The notes beneath the pieces were generated by a model. It worked only from the letters and a program-made list of their open reading frames with translations, was not told the DNA's origin and ran no database searches. A program made the position numbers and the translations under genes. A DNA stretch of 64,000 bases from Candidatus Poribacteria bacterium (GTDB lineage Bacteria > Poribacteria > WGA-4E > WGA-3G): contig OZ251518.1 in assembly GCA_965242965.1 (NCBI GenBank), forward strand, positions 1-64,000, given 5' to 3'. Numbering within the stretch: position 1 is the first letter of the stretch; each line of letters starts with the position of its first letter. This document shows, one piece after another, positions 1 through 9,683 of this stretch.

Positions 1-2
1 AT

Positions 3-176
3 GCCATCTTCGCGAGACCGGATTGGGTGATTGGCGGCGTGACTGCAGGCATCATCGGGCTTGGGTTCCTTTTCAGTGCCGGTGTGAATTGTTGGCGGCG
101 ATGGCGCGCCGGACAGCAGGTAACCCAGGTCGAATCAGCACATTTTTTGCTTGACAAGCATGCAAATGCAGGGTAA
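3..176 (+). CDS. 3' end of a membrane protein (partial, window edge)
   Basis: Open frame from the window edge with a hydrophobic stretch (WVIGGVTAGIIGLGFLFSAGV), ending at TAA 174-176. Confidence 0.4.
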   Translation, partial: AIFARPDWVIGGVTAGIIGLGFLFSAGVNCWRRWRAGQQVTQVESAHFLLDKHANAG

Positions 177-179
177 CAT
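151..179 (+). promoter_or_regulatory. sigma70-like promoter upstream of the PhyH gene
   Basis: TTGACA-17 nt-TAACAT. Confidence 0.5.
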
Positions 180-203
180 TTGCACTAACGCAAAGAATAC
201 CAT

Positions 204-288
204 GTAGGAGAGACCTCCTGGTCTCGATGCATCGTGAGGGTGTCGCAAGCGCCCACCCGTAGGAGAGACCTCCTGGTCTCGATGCATC
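204..288. repeat. Two REP-A units (GTAGGAGAGACCTCCTGGTCTCGAT)
   Basis: GTAG followed by a GAGACC/GGTCTC palindrome, flanked by a 32-bp direct repeat at 172-203 and 295-326. Confidence 0.85.
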
Positions 289-339
289 CCCGTAGGTAAC
301 ATTTGCACCAACGCAAAGAATACCATAAGGAGGAAAACG

Positions 340-1188
340 ATGAACCCGCTATGTTTAGAGCACTGTTTGACGGATACGGAAAAACAGCAGTTTGAAGAGG
401 ACGGCTTCTTCGCCGTTAAGAATGCCATCCCACAGGATATGGTTGCGCAGCTCGTCACCGCGTTCGACCGGGTGGGTGCGGCACATTTAGGGACCAAAAC
501 CCTCGCCGCCGATGCGAAATTCAACCTCCTCGATTTCGTCGGCAGGGACGAGGCGTTTATCGAATTGCTGGATTGGCACACGACGTTCCCGAAGGTGTGG
601 GGCATTTTAGGGTGGAACATCAAACTTTACCACTCGCACATGATCCACTCGCCACCGTTGCCATCGGAAGAACGGGACACACCGAAACGTCTCGGCTGGC
701 ACCAGGATAGCGGCCGCCTGAACATCGAACTTGAAGGCAACCCGCGTCCGCGCGTCTCCCTGAAAGTCGCCTATTTCCTGACAGATACCTCCGTGCCAGG
801 ACGCGGCAACTTCTCTGTCGTGCCGGGGAGTCAGAAGTGGAACTCGGTAGAAATGCCACCGGAAAAAACGGCTGACCCCGAGGGCGCGATATCTGTCTTC
901 GCCAAGCCGGGAGATGCAGTCTTCTTCGACCGGCGGCTGTGGCACGCCGCGGGACGGAACACGTCGGACACCACGCGCAAAGTGCTTTTCTACGGCTATA
1001 GTTACCGATGGCTGCAACCGCGCGATGATATGACGGTGGCACATTTCATGGAACGTGCGGACCCGGTGCGTCAGCAAATCATGGGCAAAAGCACGGGTGG
1101 GCATGGATACACTTCTCCGAGTGAGAAAGACGTGCCGCTCCGCGCATGGATTCAGGAGCACCTTGGTTCTGAGGCGGTTGCGCGTTAA
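340..1188 (+). CDS. Phytanoyl-CoA dioxygenase (PhyH) family Fe/2OG enzyme
   Basis: WHQD and LWHAA motifs, PGDAVFF, AGGAGG RBS. Confidence 0.9.
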   Translation: MNPLCLEHCLTDTEKQQFEEDGFFAVKNAIPQDMVAQLVTAFDRVGAAHLGTKTLAADAKFNLLDFVGRDEAFIELLDWHTTFPKVWGILGWNIKLYHSHMIHSPPLPSEERDTPKRLGWHQDSGRLNIELEGNPRPRVSLKVAYFLTDTSVPGRGNFSVVPGSQKWNSVEMPPEKTADPEGAISVFAKPGDAVFFDRRLWHAAGRNTSDTTRKVLFYGYSYRWLQPRDDMTVAHFMERADPVRQQIMGKSTGGHGYTSPSEKDVPLRAWIQEHLGSEAVAR

Positions 1189-1202
1189 CCAGCAACAACG
1201 CC

Positions 1203-2145
1203 GGTAGGAGAGCCCTCCTGGTCTCAATGTTCCCGTAGCGCGGGGGCCTGTCCCCCGCGATCGTTCACGTGAAAAACATCTCTTCAGGTCCTTTAGGTCC
1301 TGCATGTCTATAGCAACCCCGACCCAAAAAAAAGCCCTAAGGTCCTTTAGGTCCTTAATCTGCAGTACACGCCTCGCAGCAGAAAATATTAAGGTCCTAA
1401 AGGACCTTGAGGACTTGGAGGTCTGCGCGTGCTATAGACATTAAGGTCCTACGGACCTTGAGGAGACCGTAGTTCGGGATCGCCTGATCCCGAACGGATG
1501 CATGGCGAGGAGAATCCCTTACCTGGCCCGTAGCGCGGGGGCCTGTCCCCCGCGATCGTTCGACCCGCGCGAAAAACGCGCGCCAGCCAAAACCGTTACC
1601 CGTTCCGATGAGGCATGGCGAGGGCCTATCCCTCGCCCTACGGTAAACAGCACGCTTTTTTAACCGTCGCGCGAGGGCCTGTCCCTCGCGCTCGCTCGCG
1701 TGCACCAGTGACCGTAGTTCGGGATCGCCTGATTCCGAACGGGCGCATGAAGAGAGAACCCCTTCCGGGCCCGTAGCGCGGGGGCCTGTCCCCCGCGATC
1801 GTTCGATCCGCGCGAAAAACGCACGCAGACAAAGGCCGTTTCTCGTGCAGATCGCGGCATGGCGAGGGACAGGCCCTCGCCCTACGGTAAACGACACGTT
1901 TTTTATCGTAGCGCGGGGGCCTGTCCCCCGCGATCGTTCACGTGCTCCAGAGACCGTAGTTCGGGAGCGCCTGCTCCCGAACGGGTCAAGAGCAGGTGCT
2001 CTTGCCCTACAGACGCGATGCGCGCTCGCGTACCCGATGGCATGGCGAGGGACAGGCCCTCGCCTTACGGTGGAAGGGAGGCGTTTTTTTCACAGCAGCG
2101 CGGGGGCATGTCACCGCGACGTTGAACGATTTATGAAACACCCCC
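1203..2145. repeat. Mosaic REP array ending in a solo inverted-repeat end
   Basis: Multiple GTAGCGCGGGGGCCTGTCCCCCGCG, GTAGTTCGGGA..CCCGAAC and AGGTCC/GGACCT units, ending TTATGAAACACCCCC. Confidence 0.85.
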
Positions 2146-2185
2146 AATTATACCTAAAAATTCAGGAAAAATCAAGGAAAACTTT

Positions 2186-3589
2186 TTAGGCACTCGGCAA
2201 CCACATCGAAACCGCAGTCCCCTCTCCAAGCACACTCACAACCGAGACGCTCCCCCCATGCTCCTCAAGAACCCGCTTAGCGTTTGCCAAGCCGAGCCCC
2301 GTTCCCCTCGTCTTCCGCGTAAAGAACGGTTCAAACAGACGCGCTAAATCTTCTTCAGGGATACCTATCCCTGTATCCGCAACCTCGATGCATATTTTAT
2401 CCGCTGTCCGAATAGCGGATACCGTCAAGGTGCCGCCCTCCGGCATCGCCTCCATTGCGTTCAAGACGACGTTCATGAATGCCTGCTTCAGTTTATCCGT
2501 ATCAAACGGAATATCGGGGAGGGCAGCGGCGAACTGTTGCACTAATTCAATCTGATGATGCGCGAGGTTCGCTTCCATCAAGGATAACACCGCTTGCAAC
2601 GCTGGCACGAGAGGTTGTTGCACACGATTCAGCGTCGCTGGCCTCGCGAAATCCATTAAACCTTTGACGATACCGTCAATCCGCTCAATCTCCTCAAGGA
2701 TAGAAAGTAGCGATTGTTGATGACGTTCAGCGGAAACGTCTGTCTTTCGCATGAGCATTTGTGCTAGCATCCGCATCGAAGACAACGGATTCCGAATCTC
2801 ATGCGCGAACGAGGCGGACATTTTCCCCGCCGTCGCCAGACGTTCCGCCTGAATTAACTTATCTCGCGATTGTTGGAGTTCGCGCGTCATCGCATTAAAC
2901 GCAGTGGCGAGCTCGCCTATCTCATCTTGCGTATTTACGTCACATGTTTTATCCAATTCACCCGCCGCGACGCGCTGCGTGAATCCGACAAGCGTTTTAA
3001 TCGGGCTTGTCAAATTTCTGCCGATAAGATGACTGATGAGCGCGACGGCTGTCATCACGAGAATACCAATTCCGAACATGGACCAGGCGAGCGTCCGCTT
3101 CGCCGCTGCGATTTCTTCCATCGGCCGCAGGAGGCAGTAGAATCGCCCAGGCGGGAGAAGGAGATAAAAGACTTTGTAGGGACTTCCGCCGAGTGTTACA
3201 TCGTGTGTAACGGACGCGCCGCCTTGCGCCTCAACTCCGCCAGCCAATGCTAAAAGGCTTTGCTTAACCTCCCGAAGCCGCATCCTCTCCGCCAGATTTC
3301 CCCACTGCTGTTCCTCGGCGGTGAGTGCTTTCAACGTGCTAGCGTTGAGCGTGTAATCCGAACCGAAAATCATCACTTCCACGCTATACGCCTTCTTCAC
3401 CTTCTCGTTGTCCCGGATGTAACCCGTTTCAACGATGATATCAAGCCATCCTTGCGTCTCACGCGTAAACTGCTCGCCATATTTCCACGAGAAAAATTCC
3501 ACCGTTATCAACGGCAAGACAACCGTGACAACGGCGAAAAGCAACAGAAATGGCAAAACGATTTTGGTTTGAATGCTATAGCGGCGCAT
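2186..3589 (-). CDS. Membrane sensor histidine kinase (HAMP-HisKA-HATPase)
   Basis: Two TM segments, AHEIRNPL H-box, NAMEAM, DTGIGI and GTGLGL boxes. Confidence 0.92.
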   Translation of the reverse strand: MRRYSIQTKIVLPFLLLFAVVTVVLPLITVEFFSWKYGEQFTRETQGWLDIIVETGYIRDNEKVKKAYSVEVMIFGSDYTLNASTLKALTAEEQQWGNLAERMRLREVKQSLLALAGGVEAQGGASVTHDVTLGGSPYKVFYLLLPPGRFYCLLRPMEEIAAAKRTLAWSMFGIGILVMTAVALISHLIGRNLTSPIKTLVGFTQRVAAGELDKTCDVNTQDEIGELATAFNAMTRELQQSRDKLIQAERLATAGKMSASFAHEIRNPLSSMRMLAQMLMRKTDVSAERHQQSLLSILEEIERIDGIVKGLMDFARPATLNRVQQPLVPALQAVLSLMEANLAHHQIELVQQFAAALPDIPFDTDKLKQAFMNVVLNAMEAMPEGGTLTVSAIRTADKICIEVADTGIGIPEEDLARLFEPFFTRKTRGTGLGLANAKRVLEEHGGSVSVVSVLGEGTAVSMWLPSA

Positions 3590-3739
3590 CTTTTAACTCA
3601 ACTTTTCATGAAAATTGGAATCTTTGCTGTGATGCCAATTTTAAAAGAAAAGCCAAATTTGTCAAGAACCTTTTTTAGGGGAGAGCGATTCAGTTCGCGC
3701 CAGAAACGGCATGTCTCTGGGGGAAAAAGGGAATTAAGA

Positions 3740-4005
3740 GAGGGTGTTTCATAAATCGTTCAACGTCGCGGGGACAGGTCCCGCGCTACCGTGAAAAAAC
3801 GCCTTCCCTTCACGTAGGGCGAGGGACAGGCCCTCGCCATGCGTTTGGGTGTCAGACTGCATCCCCCCTGTAGTTCAGGATCGCCTGATCCTGACCCGTT
3901 CGGGAGCAGGCGCACCCGAACTACAGAGGTGGGCCCAATGCCTGCCGGTATTCGCCCGCCCTCCAAGGCGGAATAAATACCGAAACGGAATTATGAAACA
4001 CTCTC
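3740..4005. mobile_element. Non-autonomous inverted-repeat element (MITE-like) with REP interior
   Basis: Ends GAGGGTGTTTCATAA / TTATGAAACACTCTC, with flanking direct repeat AATTAAGA at 3732-3739 and 4006-4013. Confidence 0.85.
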
Positions 4006-4245
4006 AATTAAGAAGAGCGATGGACGCGCGTTTGATAAAAACTCGGGAACTTTCTGAAACCTTAGGTGTGTAAAATTATATGCGGGAAATTTTCATTTTT
4101 CACTATCTTTTTCAGGTTAAACTGACTCTATAGAACAGGGCTTGCGCAATTTCATATCTTCGATAGACGTGGTTGGAAACCGCGCTTACCGAATCGCTGC
4201 TGCGCTGGTTCTATACCTTTTATCGCTTTAACCGGAGGAAACAAA

Positions 4246-4878
4246 ATGGAACGTCCAGAACATCTCGATGCCGCGTTCCCGGAACTTGAAGATGAACGTG
4301 AGCTCGTTGCGCGGTTTCAAAATGGCGACAAGGATGCCTTTGATCCGCTTATGCAAAAATATCAGCAAAAAATCTACAACCTCATCTACCACCGCGTTCA
4401 CGATAGAGAGGCCGCGGAAGACCTTTGCCAAGATACCTTCTTGAAGGCGTATCAGGCACTGCCGAACTTTAAAGGCGACGCTGCGTTTTACAGCTGGCTT
4501 TACCGCATCGCTGTGAATTGCAGCCTCGATTTCCTGCGGCAGCGCAACCGAAACAAGGTGTTCGCGTTTGAAGAGCTAACCCTCAACGCGGATGAGGAAC
4601 TGCGGATGACAGAGATGCACCCGCCTGCCTCGCGGCTCGCCGAGCGGCGGGAGCTCGGGCGCATCATCCGAAAAGCGGTGAGTCAGCTGCCGCCGGGACA
4701 GCGCCGCGTTTTTAACCTGCGTCACCGCAAAGAACTCCCGATTAAGGAGATTGCGGCGCGCCTGAACCGTTCTGAAGGCACGATTAAAGCGCATCTGCAC
4801 CACGCGCACAAGCGGCTGCGGACGCTGCTGCTGCCCTATCTGCAGAACGAACCCCTCACCTGGAACGGTGAAACCTAA
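4246..4878 (+). CDS. ECF sigma-70 factor
   Basis: DAFDPL, AEDLCQDTFLKAY, FYSWLYRIAVN and a region 4 HTH (EIAARLNRSEGTIK). Confidence 0.92.
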   Translation: MERPEHLDAAFPELEDERELVARFQNGDKDAFDPLMQKYQQKIYNLIYHRVHDREAAEDLCQDTFLKAYQALPNFKGDAAFYSWLYRIAVNCSLDFLRQRNRNKVFAFEELTLNADEELRMTEMHPPASRLAERRELGRIIRKAVSQLPPGQRRVFNLRHRKELPIKEIAARLNRSEGTIKAHLHHAHKRLRTLLLPYLQNEPLTWNGET

Positions 4879-4973
4879 CGCGGTTTTTGCGCGTTCGGCC
4901 GGCGAGGGACATGCCGTCCCTCGCCACGGAGAAATTTTCTATCATCACAAAATAATTTTTTTTGAAAATAAAT

Positions 4974-5114
4974 TTGACATTTCGCATTTTTAATGGTATA
5001 CTATATAATGTGTGAGGCAGGAACGCTGAACTTTTGGCATTTTGTCACGGATTTGCACTTTTTTGTGAAAAAATTGCAATTTTCCTTGACAAACTGTCTT
5101 ATATAGTGTATAAT
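4974..5114 (+). promoter_or_regulatory. Tandem sigma70 promoters for the tRNA operon
   Basis: TTGACA(4974)-17-TATACT with an extended TG, and TTGACA(5086)-17-TATAAT. Confidence 0.75.
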
Positions 5115-5138
5115 TAATAGTAGAAAATCAAAAAAGAA

Positions 5139-5223
5139 GGTGGGATGGCTGAGTGGACGAAAGCGGCGGTCTTGAAAACCGTTGTAGCGCAAGCTACCGT
5201 GGGTTCGAATCCTACTCCCACCG
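5139..5223 (+). tRNA. tRNA-Ser(TGA)
   Basis: Cloverleaf, long variable arm, anticodon loop CTTGAAA, GGTTCGAATCC. Confidence 0.95.
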
Positions 5224-5261
5224 TTTCTCACAAACGCGGTATGATTGGAAATCTGAAAATT

Positions 5262-5346
5262 GGAGAGGTGCAGGAGCGGCTGAACTGGACGGTTTGCTAA
5301 ACCGTTGTGGCGCAAGTCACCGTGGGTTCGAATCCCACCCTCTCCG
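5262..5346 (+). tRNA. tRNA-Ser(GCT)
   Basis: Anticodon loop TTGCTAA, long variable arm. Confidence 0.95.
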
Positions 5347-5380
5347 CTTCTAAAAAACGTGGTAGGGAAACCTGACACGC

Positions 5381-5454
5381 GCGCCTGTAGCTCAGTGGAT
5401 TAGAGCATCTGACTACGGATCAGAAGGCCGGGGGTTCGAATCCTCTCAGGCGCT
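5381..5454 (+). tRNA. tRNA-Arg(ACG)
   Basis: Anticodon stem-loop TCTGA-CTACGGA-TCAGA. Confidence 0.95.
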
Positions 5455-5475
5455 TTATCGGCATAAGGTGGGCAT

Positions 5476-5925
5476 TTGGATAACGATTCCTTCTGGATGA
5501 GACGCGCACTTGAATTAGCACGCCAAGGCGGCGAAAACGGCGAAGTGCCGGTAGGCGCAGTGCTTATCAGAGATGGCGCGCTCCTCGCATCGGCATCCAA
5601 CCGACGTGAACAAAGTGGCAGTCCCATCGCCCACGCCGAGATGCTGGTAATACAGGATGCCGCCGAAAAGATTGGTAACTGGCGTTTTACGGATACGACA
5701 CTTTATGTGACGCTGGAGCCGTGCGCGATGTGCGCCGGGGCAATAGTGCTGGCGCGTATTCCGAAAGTCGTTTACGCTACTACCGATCCGAAATCCGGTG
5801 CCGCCGGGACGCTTTACAATATCCTTCAAGATGAACGCTTGAACCATCGGGTTGAGCTCATCAGCGGGGTGTTGGCAGAAGAGAGCAGCGCGCTCTTGAA
5901 AGCCTTTTTTCGGCAACGCCGATAG
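5476..5925 (+). CDS. tadA: tRNA adenosine(34) deaminase
   Basis: EVPVGAV, HAE and PCAMC zinc motifs, FFRQRR C-terminus. Confidence 0.93.
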   Translation: MDNDSFWMRRALELARQGGENGEVPVGAVLIRDGALLASASNRREQSGSPIAHAEMLVIQDAAEKIGNWRFTDTTLYVTLEPCAMCAGAIVLARIPKVVYATTDPKSGAAGTLYNILQDERLNHRVELISGVLAEESSALLKAFFRQRR

Positions 5926-5965
5926 TGCGCGCAGTGCACAGTGCAAACGACAGAAAATTTCATAG

Positions 5966-6050
5966 GGAGAGATGCAGGAGCGGTTGAACTGGACAGTCTC
6001 GAAAACTGTTGTGGCGCAAGTCACCGTGGGTTCGAATCCCACTCTCTCCG
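5966..6050 (+). tRNA. tRNA-Ser(CGA)
   Basis: Anticodon loop CTCGAAA, long variable arm. Confidence 0.95.
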
Positions 6051-6113
6051 TTTTTCAATTTAGTTTTATGCAAATGCGTCAGCCTTTATAGCACTTTGGC
6101 TTTATAGCACTTT

Positions 6114-6186
6114 GGGGCAGTAGCTCAGTTGGGAGAGTGCGTCCCTCGCACGGACGAGGTCACGGGTTCAAATCCCGTCTGCTCCA
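6114..6186 (+). tRNA. tRNA-Ala(CGC)
   Basis: G3:U70 pair in the acceptor stem, anticodon loop CTCGCAC. Confidence 0.93.
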
Positions 6187-6208
6187 TCTATGAAAAAAAT
6201 ATCTTCAC

Positions 6209-6298
6209 GGAGAGATGCAGGAGTCTGGTTGAACTGGCATGATTGGAAATCATGTGTGCTGTTATGCAGTACCGTGGGTTCGAATCCCACTCTCTCCG
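6209..6298 (+). tRNA. tRNA-Ser(GGA)
   Basis: Anticodon loop TTGGAAA, long variable arm. Confidence 0.95.
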
Positions 6299-6390
6299 CT
6301 TCGGCGGCCTAATAGTGCGCGGTCGCGATTTTTCGCCCAGCACCGTCGCCGCCGTGCGCAATTCACTCCCATAGTGTGGACTTAACGCCT

Positions 6391-6661
6391 TGGCTATGAT
6401 AGGTGGGGAGGTAGCGGTGCCCTGTATCTGCAATCCGCTATAGCAGAACGGAATCCCCAGTATGCGGCCTGTTTTTGTGGGGACTGTCCCACGCACGTGG
6501 TGTTGAAGGTTGGGTCTTGAGCAACGTGAACCTGTTGAACCCCGTCAGGTCCGGAAGGAAGCAGCGGTAAATAGGCTTCCCGTGTGACGCAAGGCAGCCT
6601 GGCCTGAGCTAACGACGCGGGCAACGCCCGGAAGAGCATGTCAACCCTGGGTTCATAGCCA
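6391..6661 (+). ncRNA. ffs: Large bacterial SRP RNA (with Alu domain)
   Basis: GGGGAGGTAGCGGTGCCCTGTA..CTGCAATCCGCT Alu motif, TCAGGTCCGGAAGGAAGCAGC helix 8, paired ends TGGCTATGA/TCATAGCCA. Confidence 0.93.
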
Positions 6662-6761
6662 TGTCTCTGAACACCGGAGATGCACAAAAGCATTTCTGTT
6701 TCCTTAGACACCCACAACTTGGCTCGGTTAATCCTTGCCGAAACTCACACCGGATACGCTC

Positions 6762-8531
6762 ATGTCATACGAAGTTCTTGCTCAAAAGTGGCGCCCACAA
6801 AGCTTCGGCGACGTTGTCGGACAGCAGCACGTTACCACGACGCTAAAGAATCAGATCCTCTCTGAGCGCATCGGGCACGCATACCTTTTCTGGGGGCCTA
6901 GAGGCACCGGCAAAACCACCGTCGCACGCATCCTTGCCAAAGCCGTCAACTGCCCAAACCGCCTTCAGGAAACGGAATTTGACAAGGTGCCGACAGCCGA
7001 ACCGTGCAACGCCTGCGAATTCTGCACTGACATCTCGCAAGGAAAATCCTTTGATGTCATTGAAATGGATGCCGCCTCCAACCGAGGCATTGATACCATT
7101 CGCGACCTGCGGGAGAACGTCAAACTCTCCCCGGCGACGTGTGTCTATAAAATTTATATCATTGATGAAGCACACATGCTCTCAACGGAAGCCTTCAACG
7201 CGCTACTCAAAACGCTTGAGGAACCACCGCCGCATGTTATCTTTATCATGGCGACTACAGAACATGCCAAGATTCCGAAAACAATCATCTCCCGTTGCCA
7301 AGACTTTGATTTCCGGCACTTGGAAGATGAAAAAATAGGCGAACGCTTGCAACTCATTGCCAAAGAGGAGGAAATCTCGGCGGATGTAGACGTGCTGACG
7401 CTCATCACCCGGCAATCCGAAGGATGCCTGCGAGATGCAGAAAACCTGCTGGAACGTCTCGTTTCCTCAGCCGGTAAAAATTTAACCGTCGCCACGGTTG
7501 AGGAGACGCTCGGACTCGGTTCAAGCTTCCTACTGCATGAACTCACCAAAGCGATTGCAGAACGAAACCTCGCCGAGGGACTCGCGACACTGAACAAATT
7601 AACAAAACAGGGCACTGATCTTGTTCAATGCCTCAATCAACTCATCGGCTATTTCCGCGACCTGCGGCTTTTGGCGATTGACAGCAACCTCGATGCACTG
7701 ATCCAAAGTCCCAAATCCGAGCTGCCCGAACTCAAGCAGAAGGCGGAAAAGATGTCTGTTCCTCAGTTGTCACGGATTATCAAAATTCTGATGCACACCA
7801 ACCGCGACATCAAGCAGTATGGTTACGCGCAGCTGCAGCTAGAAGGGGCACTCATTCAACTCAACTCGCTTGAGGAAGTCCTCCAACTTCAGGAAGTCGT
7901 TGGGAAATTGACAGCATTAGAACAGAAATTAGATTCGGCGAGCGCGAACGCCGCGCCCGTTTCGCCGGATACCGCGCAACCAGCATTTCGGCGTGAGCCG
8001 CCGCAGCCAGCAAGCGCGCCGAGGAGTGACGATAGAACTCCACCCAGTTATGAAATGCCGCCGACTGCAGCTGTCAAAAGTGCACCCGAACCACAACAGC
8101 CCCCGGCTGGTTCCCACCGTAACCTCAGCGAAATCGGAACGTTTTGGGAAGAAGTAAAAGGACAGCTACCCATGAAAATGAAATACGGGTTGCTGCTCGG
8201 CGCGGTGCCTTCTGTCAACGGCACAAACGTTGTCAAAATTGCGTGTTCGCCTACCCATCTCTCGATGGCTGAAGACGCAGACACACGGCTCATCGCCGAT
8301 GTCCTGAAACAGTTAGTAGGACATCCAGTCACGGTGGAAATAACGGCATTAGACACTGTCCCGAAAAAGGCGGCACCTTCGGCGGCTTCGGATGCCGCGG
8401 GGGAAGGCATATCGGATAATCGCGATGTGGAGAAGATGACACCGCTCGTCCGAAGGATGGCAGCGGAAGATGATGCTCAACTCCGAACCGCGCTGAATCT
8501 TTTTAACGCGAAAATTTTAGAAACGCAATAA
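6762..8531 (+). CDS. dnaX: DNA polymerase III subunit gamma/tau
   Basis: SYEVLAQKWRPQSF, GPRGTGKTT, DAASNRG, IDEAHMLS, SRCQ. Confidence 0.96.
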   Translation: MSYEVLAQKWRPQSFGDVVGQQHVTTTLKNQILSERIGHAYLFWGPRGTGKTTVARILAKAVNCPNRLQETEFDKVPTAEPCNACEFCTDISQGKSFDVIEMDAASNRGIDTIRDLRENVKLSPATCVYKIYIIDEAHMLSTEAFNALLKTLEEPPPHVIFIMATTEHAKIPKTIISRCQDFDFRHLEDEKIGERLQLIAKEEEISADVDVLTLITRQSEGCLRDAENLLERLVSSAGKNLTVATVEETLGLGSSFLLHELTKAIAERNLAEGLATLNKLTKQGTDLVQCLNQLIGYFRDLRLLAIDSNLDALIQSPKSELPELKQKAEKMSVPQLSRIIKILMHTNRDIKQYGYAQLQLEGALIQLNSLEEVLQLQEVVGKLTALEQKLDSASANAAPVSPDTAQPAFRREPPQPASAPRSDDRTPPSYEMPPTAAVKSAPEPQQPPAGSHRNLSEIGTFWEEVKGQLPMKMKYGLLLGAVPSVNGTNVVKIACSPTHLSMAEDADTRLIADVLKQLVGHPVTVEITALDTVPKKAAPSAASDAAGEGISDNRDVEKMTPLVRRMAAEDDAQLRTALNLFNAKILETQ

Positions 8532-8708
8532 CTGCTACCGAAATTGTCATGGGACAGACGCAGCATAATCCCAGTGCGGAATGGTGGCATTTGCGTCTGT
8601 CAAGAACCGGCCGCCCAGAACCGTCAGCATTGCGTTGTCAATGCAACCTGATAAGACAACCTTCACTGCACCAGTGCAGTTGAACAACCGCTAGGAATAA
8701 CGAAAAAT

Positions 8709-9017
8709 ATGAAGATGAATGACCTGATGAAGCAGGCACAGCAGATGCAAAAGCGGATGCTGGAGATCCGAGAAGAACTCGCAAACCGCACCGTTGAGGC
8801 AACCGTCGGCGGCGGCATGGTAACCGCCGTTGTGAACGGCCAACAAGAAATCGTTTCACTCCGCATCACCCCGGAAGTCGTAGATCCGGAGGATACCGAA
8901 ATGTTGGAAGACTTGGTGGTTGCCGCCATTAACGAGGCACTTCAGCAATCACAGGAGTTGATGTCCACGGAAATGAGTAAACTCACCGGCGGCATGAAAA
9001 TTCCGGGACTCCCGTAA
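8709..9017 (+). CDS. ybaB: YbaB/EbfC nucleoid-associated protein
   Basis: MKQAQQMQ, GGGMV, EMLEDLVVAAIN, located between dnaX and recR. Confidence 0.93.
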   Translation: MKMNDLMKQAQQMQKRMLEIREELANRTVEATVGGGMVTAVVNGQQEIVSLRITPEVVDPEDTEMLEDLVVAAINEALQQSQELMSTEMSKLTGGMKIPGLP

Positions 9018-9086
9018 CCCAGAACCCTGGTGATGTTCTGTCATTGCCCAAGAAACCACCGCCGAACGCATTGCGAATGACAAAAA

Positions 9087-9677
9087 ATGGAATACCCGCG
9101 GCCGTTGGCACAACTCATCACTCAACTCCAAAAATTGCCGACGATTGGCCAGAAAACGGCGCAACGCTTGGCGTTTTTTATGTTGAAGTTGCCCGAAACG
9201 GAGACAGCGCAGATCGCGGCGGCAATTGCCGAGGTGAAACAGCTCCTTTCTTACTGCAACGTCTGTGGCGCGATTACAGACGCGAATCCGTGCCACATCT
9301 GCACCAATCCTCGCCGCGACCGGCAGGTTATCTGTGTGGTTGAAGAATCCGATGATCTTTGGGCGATTGAACGCACCAACGGCTATAAAGGGTTATACCA
9401 TGTGCTTGGCGGCGTGCTATCACCGCTAGACGGGGTCGGGCCGGATGAGCTCAGCATTGACCTGCTTTTCCAGCGGCTCAACGATGTCAAGGAGATTATT
9501 CTCGCGACGAATTTGACGACAGAGGGACAGGCAACTGCCCTCTATCTCACGCAACACTTGGAGAATTTTGACATCACCGTCAGCCGCATCGCCCACGGTA
9601 TCCCCTTCGGCGGCGATTTGGAATACATTGACGAGGTGACGCTGGCGAAGGCGTTGGAGGGAAGACGCGAGGTGTAA
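9087..9677 (+). CDS. recR: Recombination protein RecR
   Basis: HhH, C4 zinc finger, YHVLGGVLSPLDG, Toprim domain. Confidence 0.96.
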   Translation: MEYPRPLAQLITQLQKLPTIGQKTAQRLAFFMLKLPETETAQIAAAIAEVKQLLSYCNVCGAITDANPCHICTNPRRDRQVICVVEESDDLWAIERTNGYKGLYHVLGGVLSPLDGVGPDELSIDLLFQRLNDVKEIILATNLTTEGQATALYLTQHLENFDITVSRIAHGIPFGGDLEYIDEVTLAKALEGRREV

Positions 9678-9683
9678 AGGCTC

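Noticed and set aside
1397-2189. ORFs with RGTGPRAT / ARDRPSPY / MKHPQL peptides, here and in other repeat regions
   Set aside because: They are translations of REP/MITE DNA with no RBS or domain signal
5139-5223. tRNA-Sec
   Set aside because: The anticodon is TGA (Ser), not TCA, and the acceptor stem is a normal 7 bp
6762-8531. Programmed -1 frameshift in dnaX
   Set aside because: No A-AAA-AAG heptamer or long A-run found, only AAAAAG at about 8364
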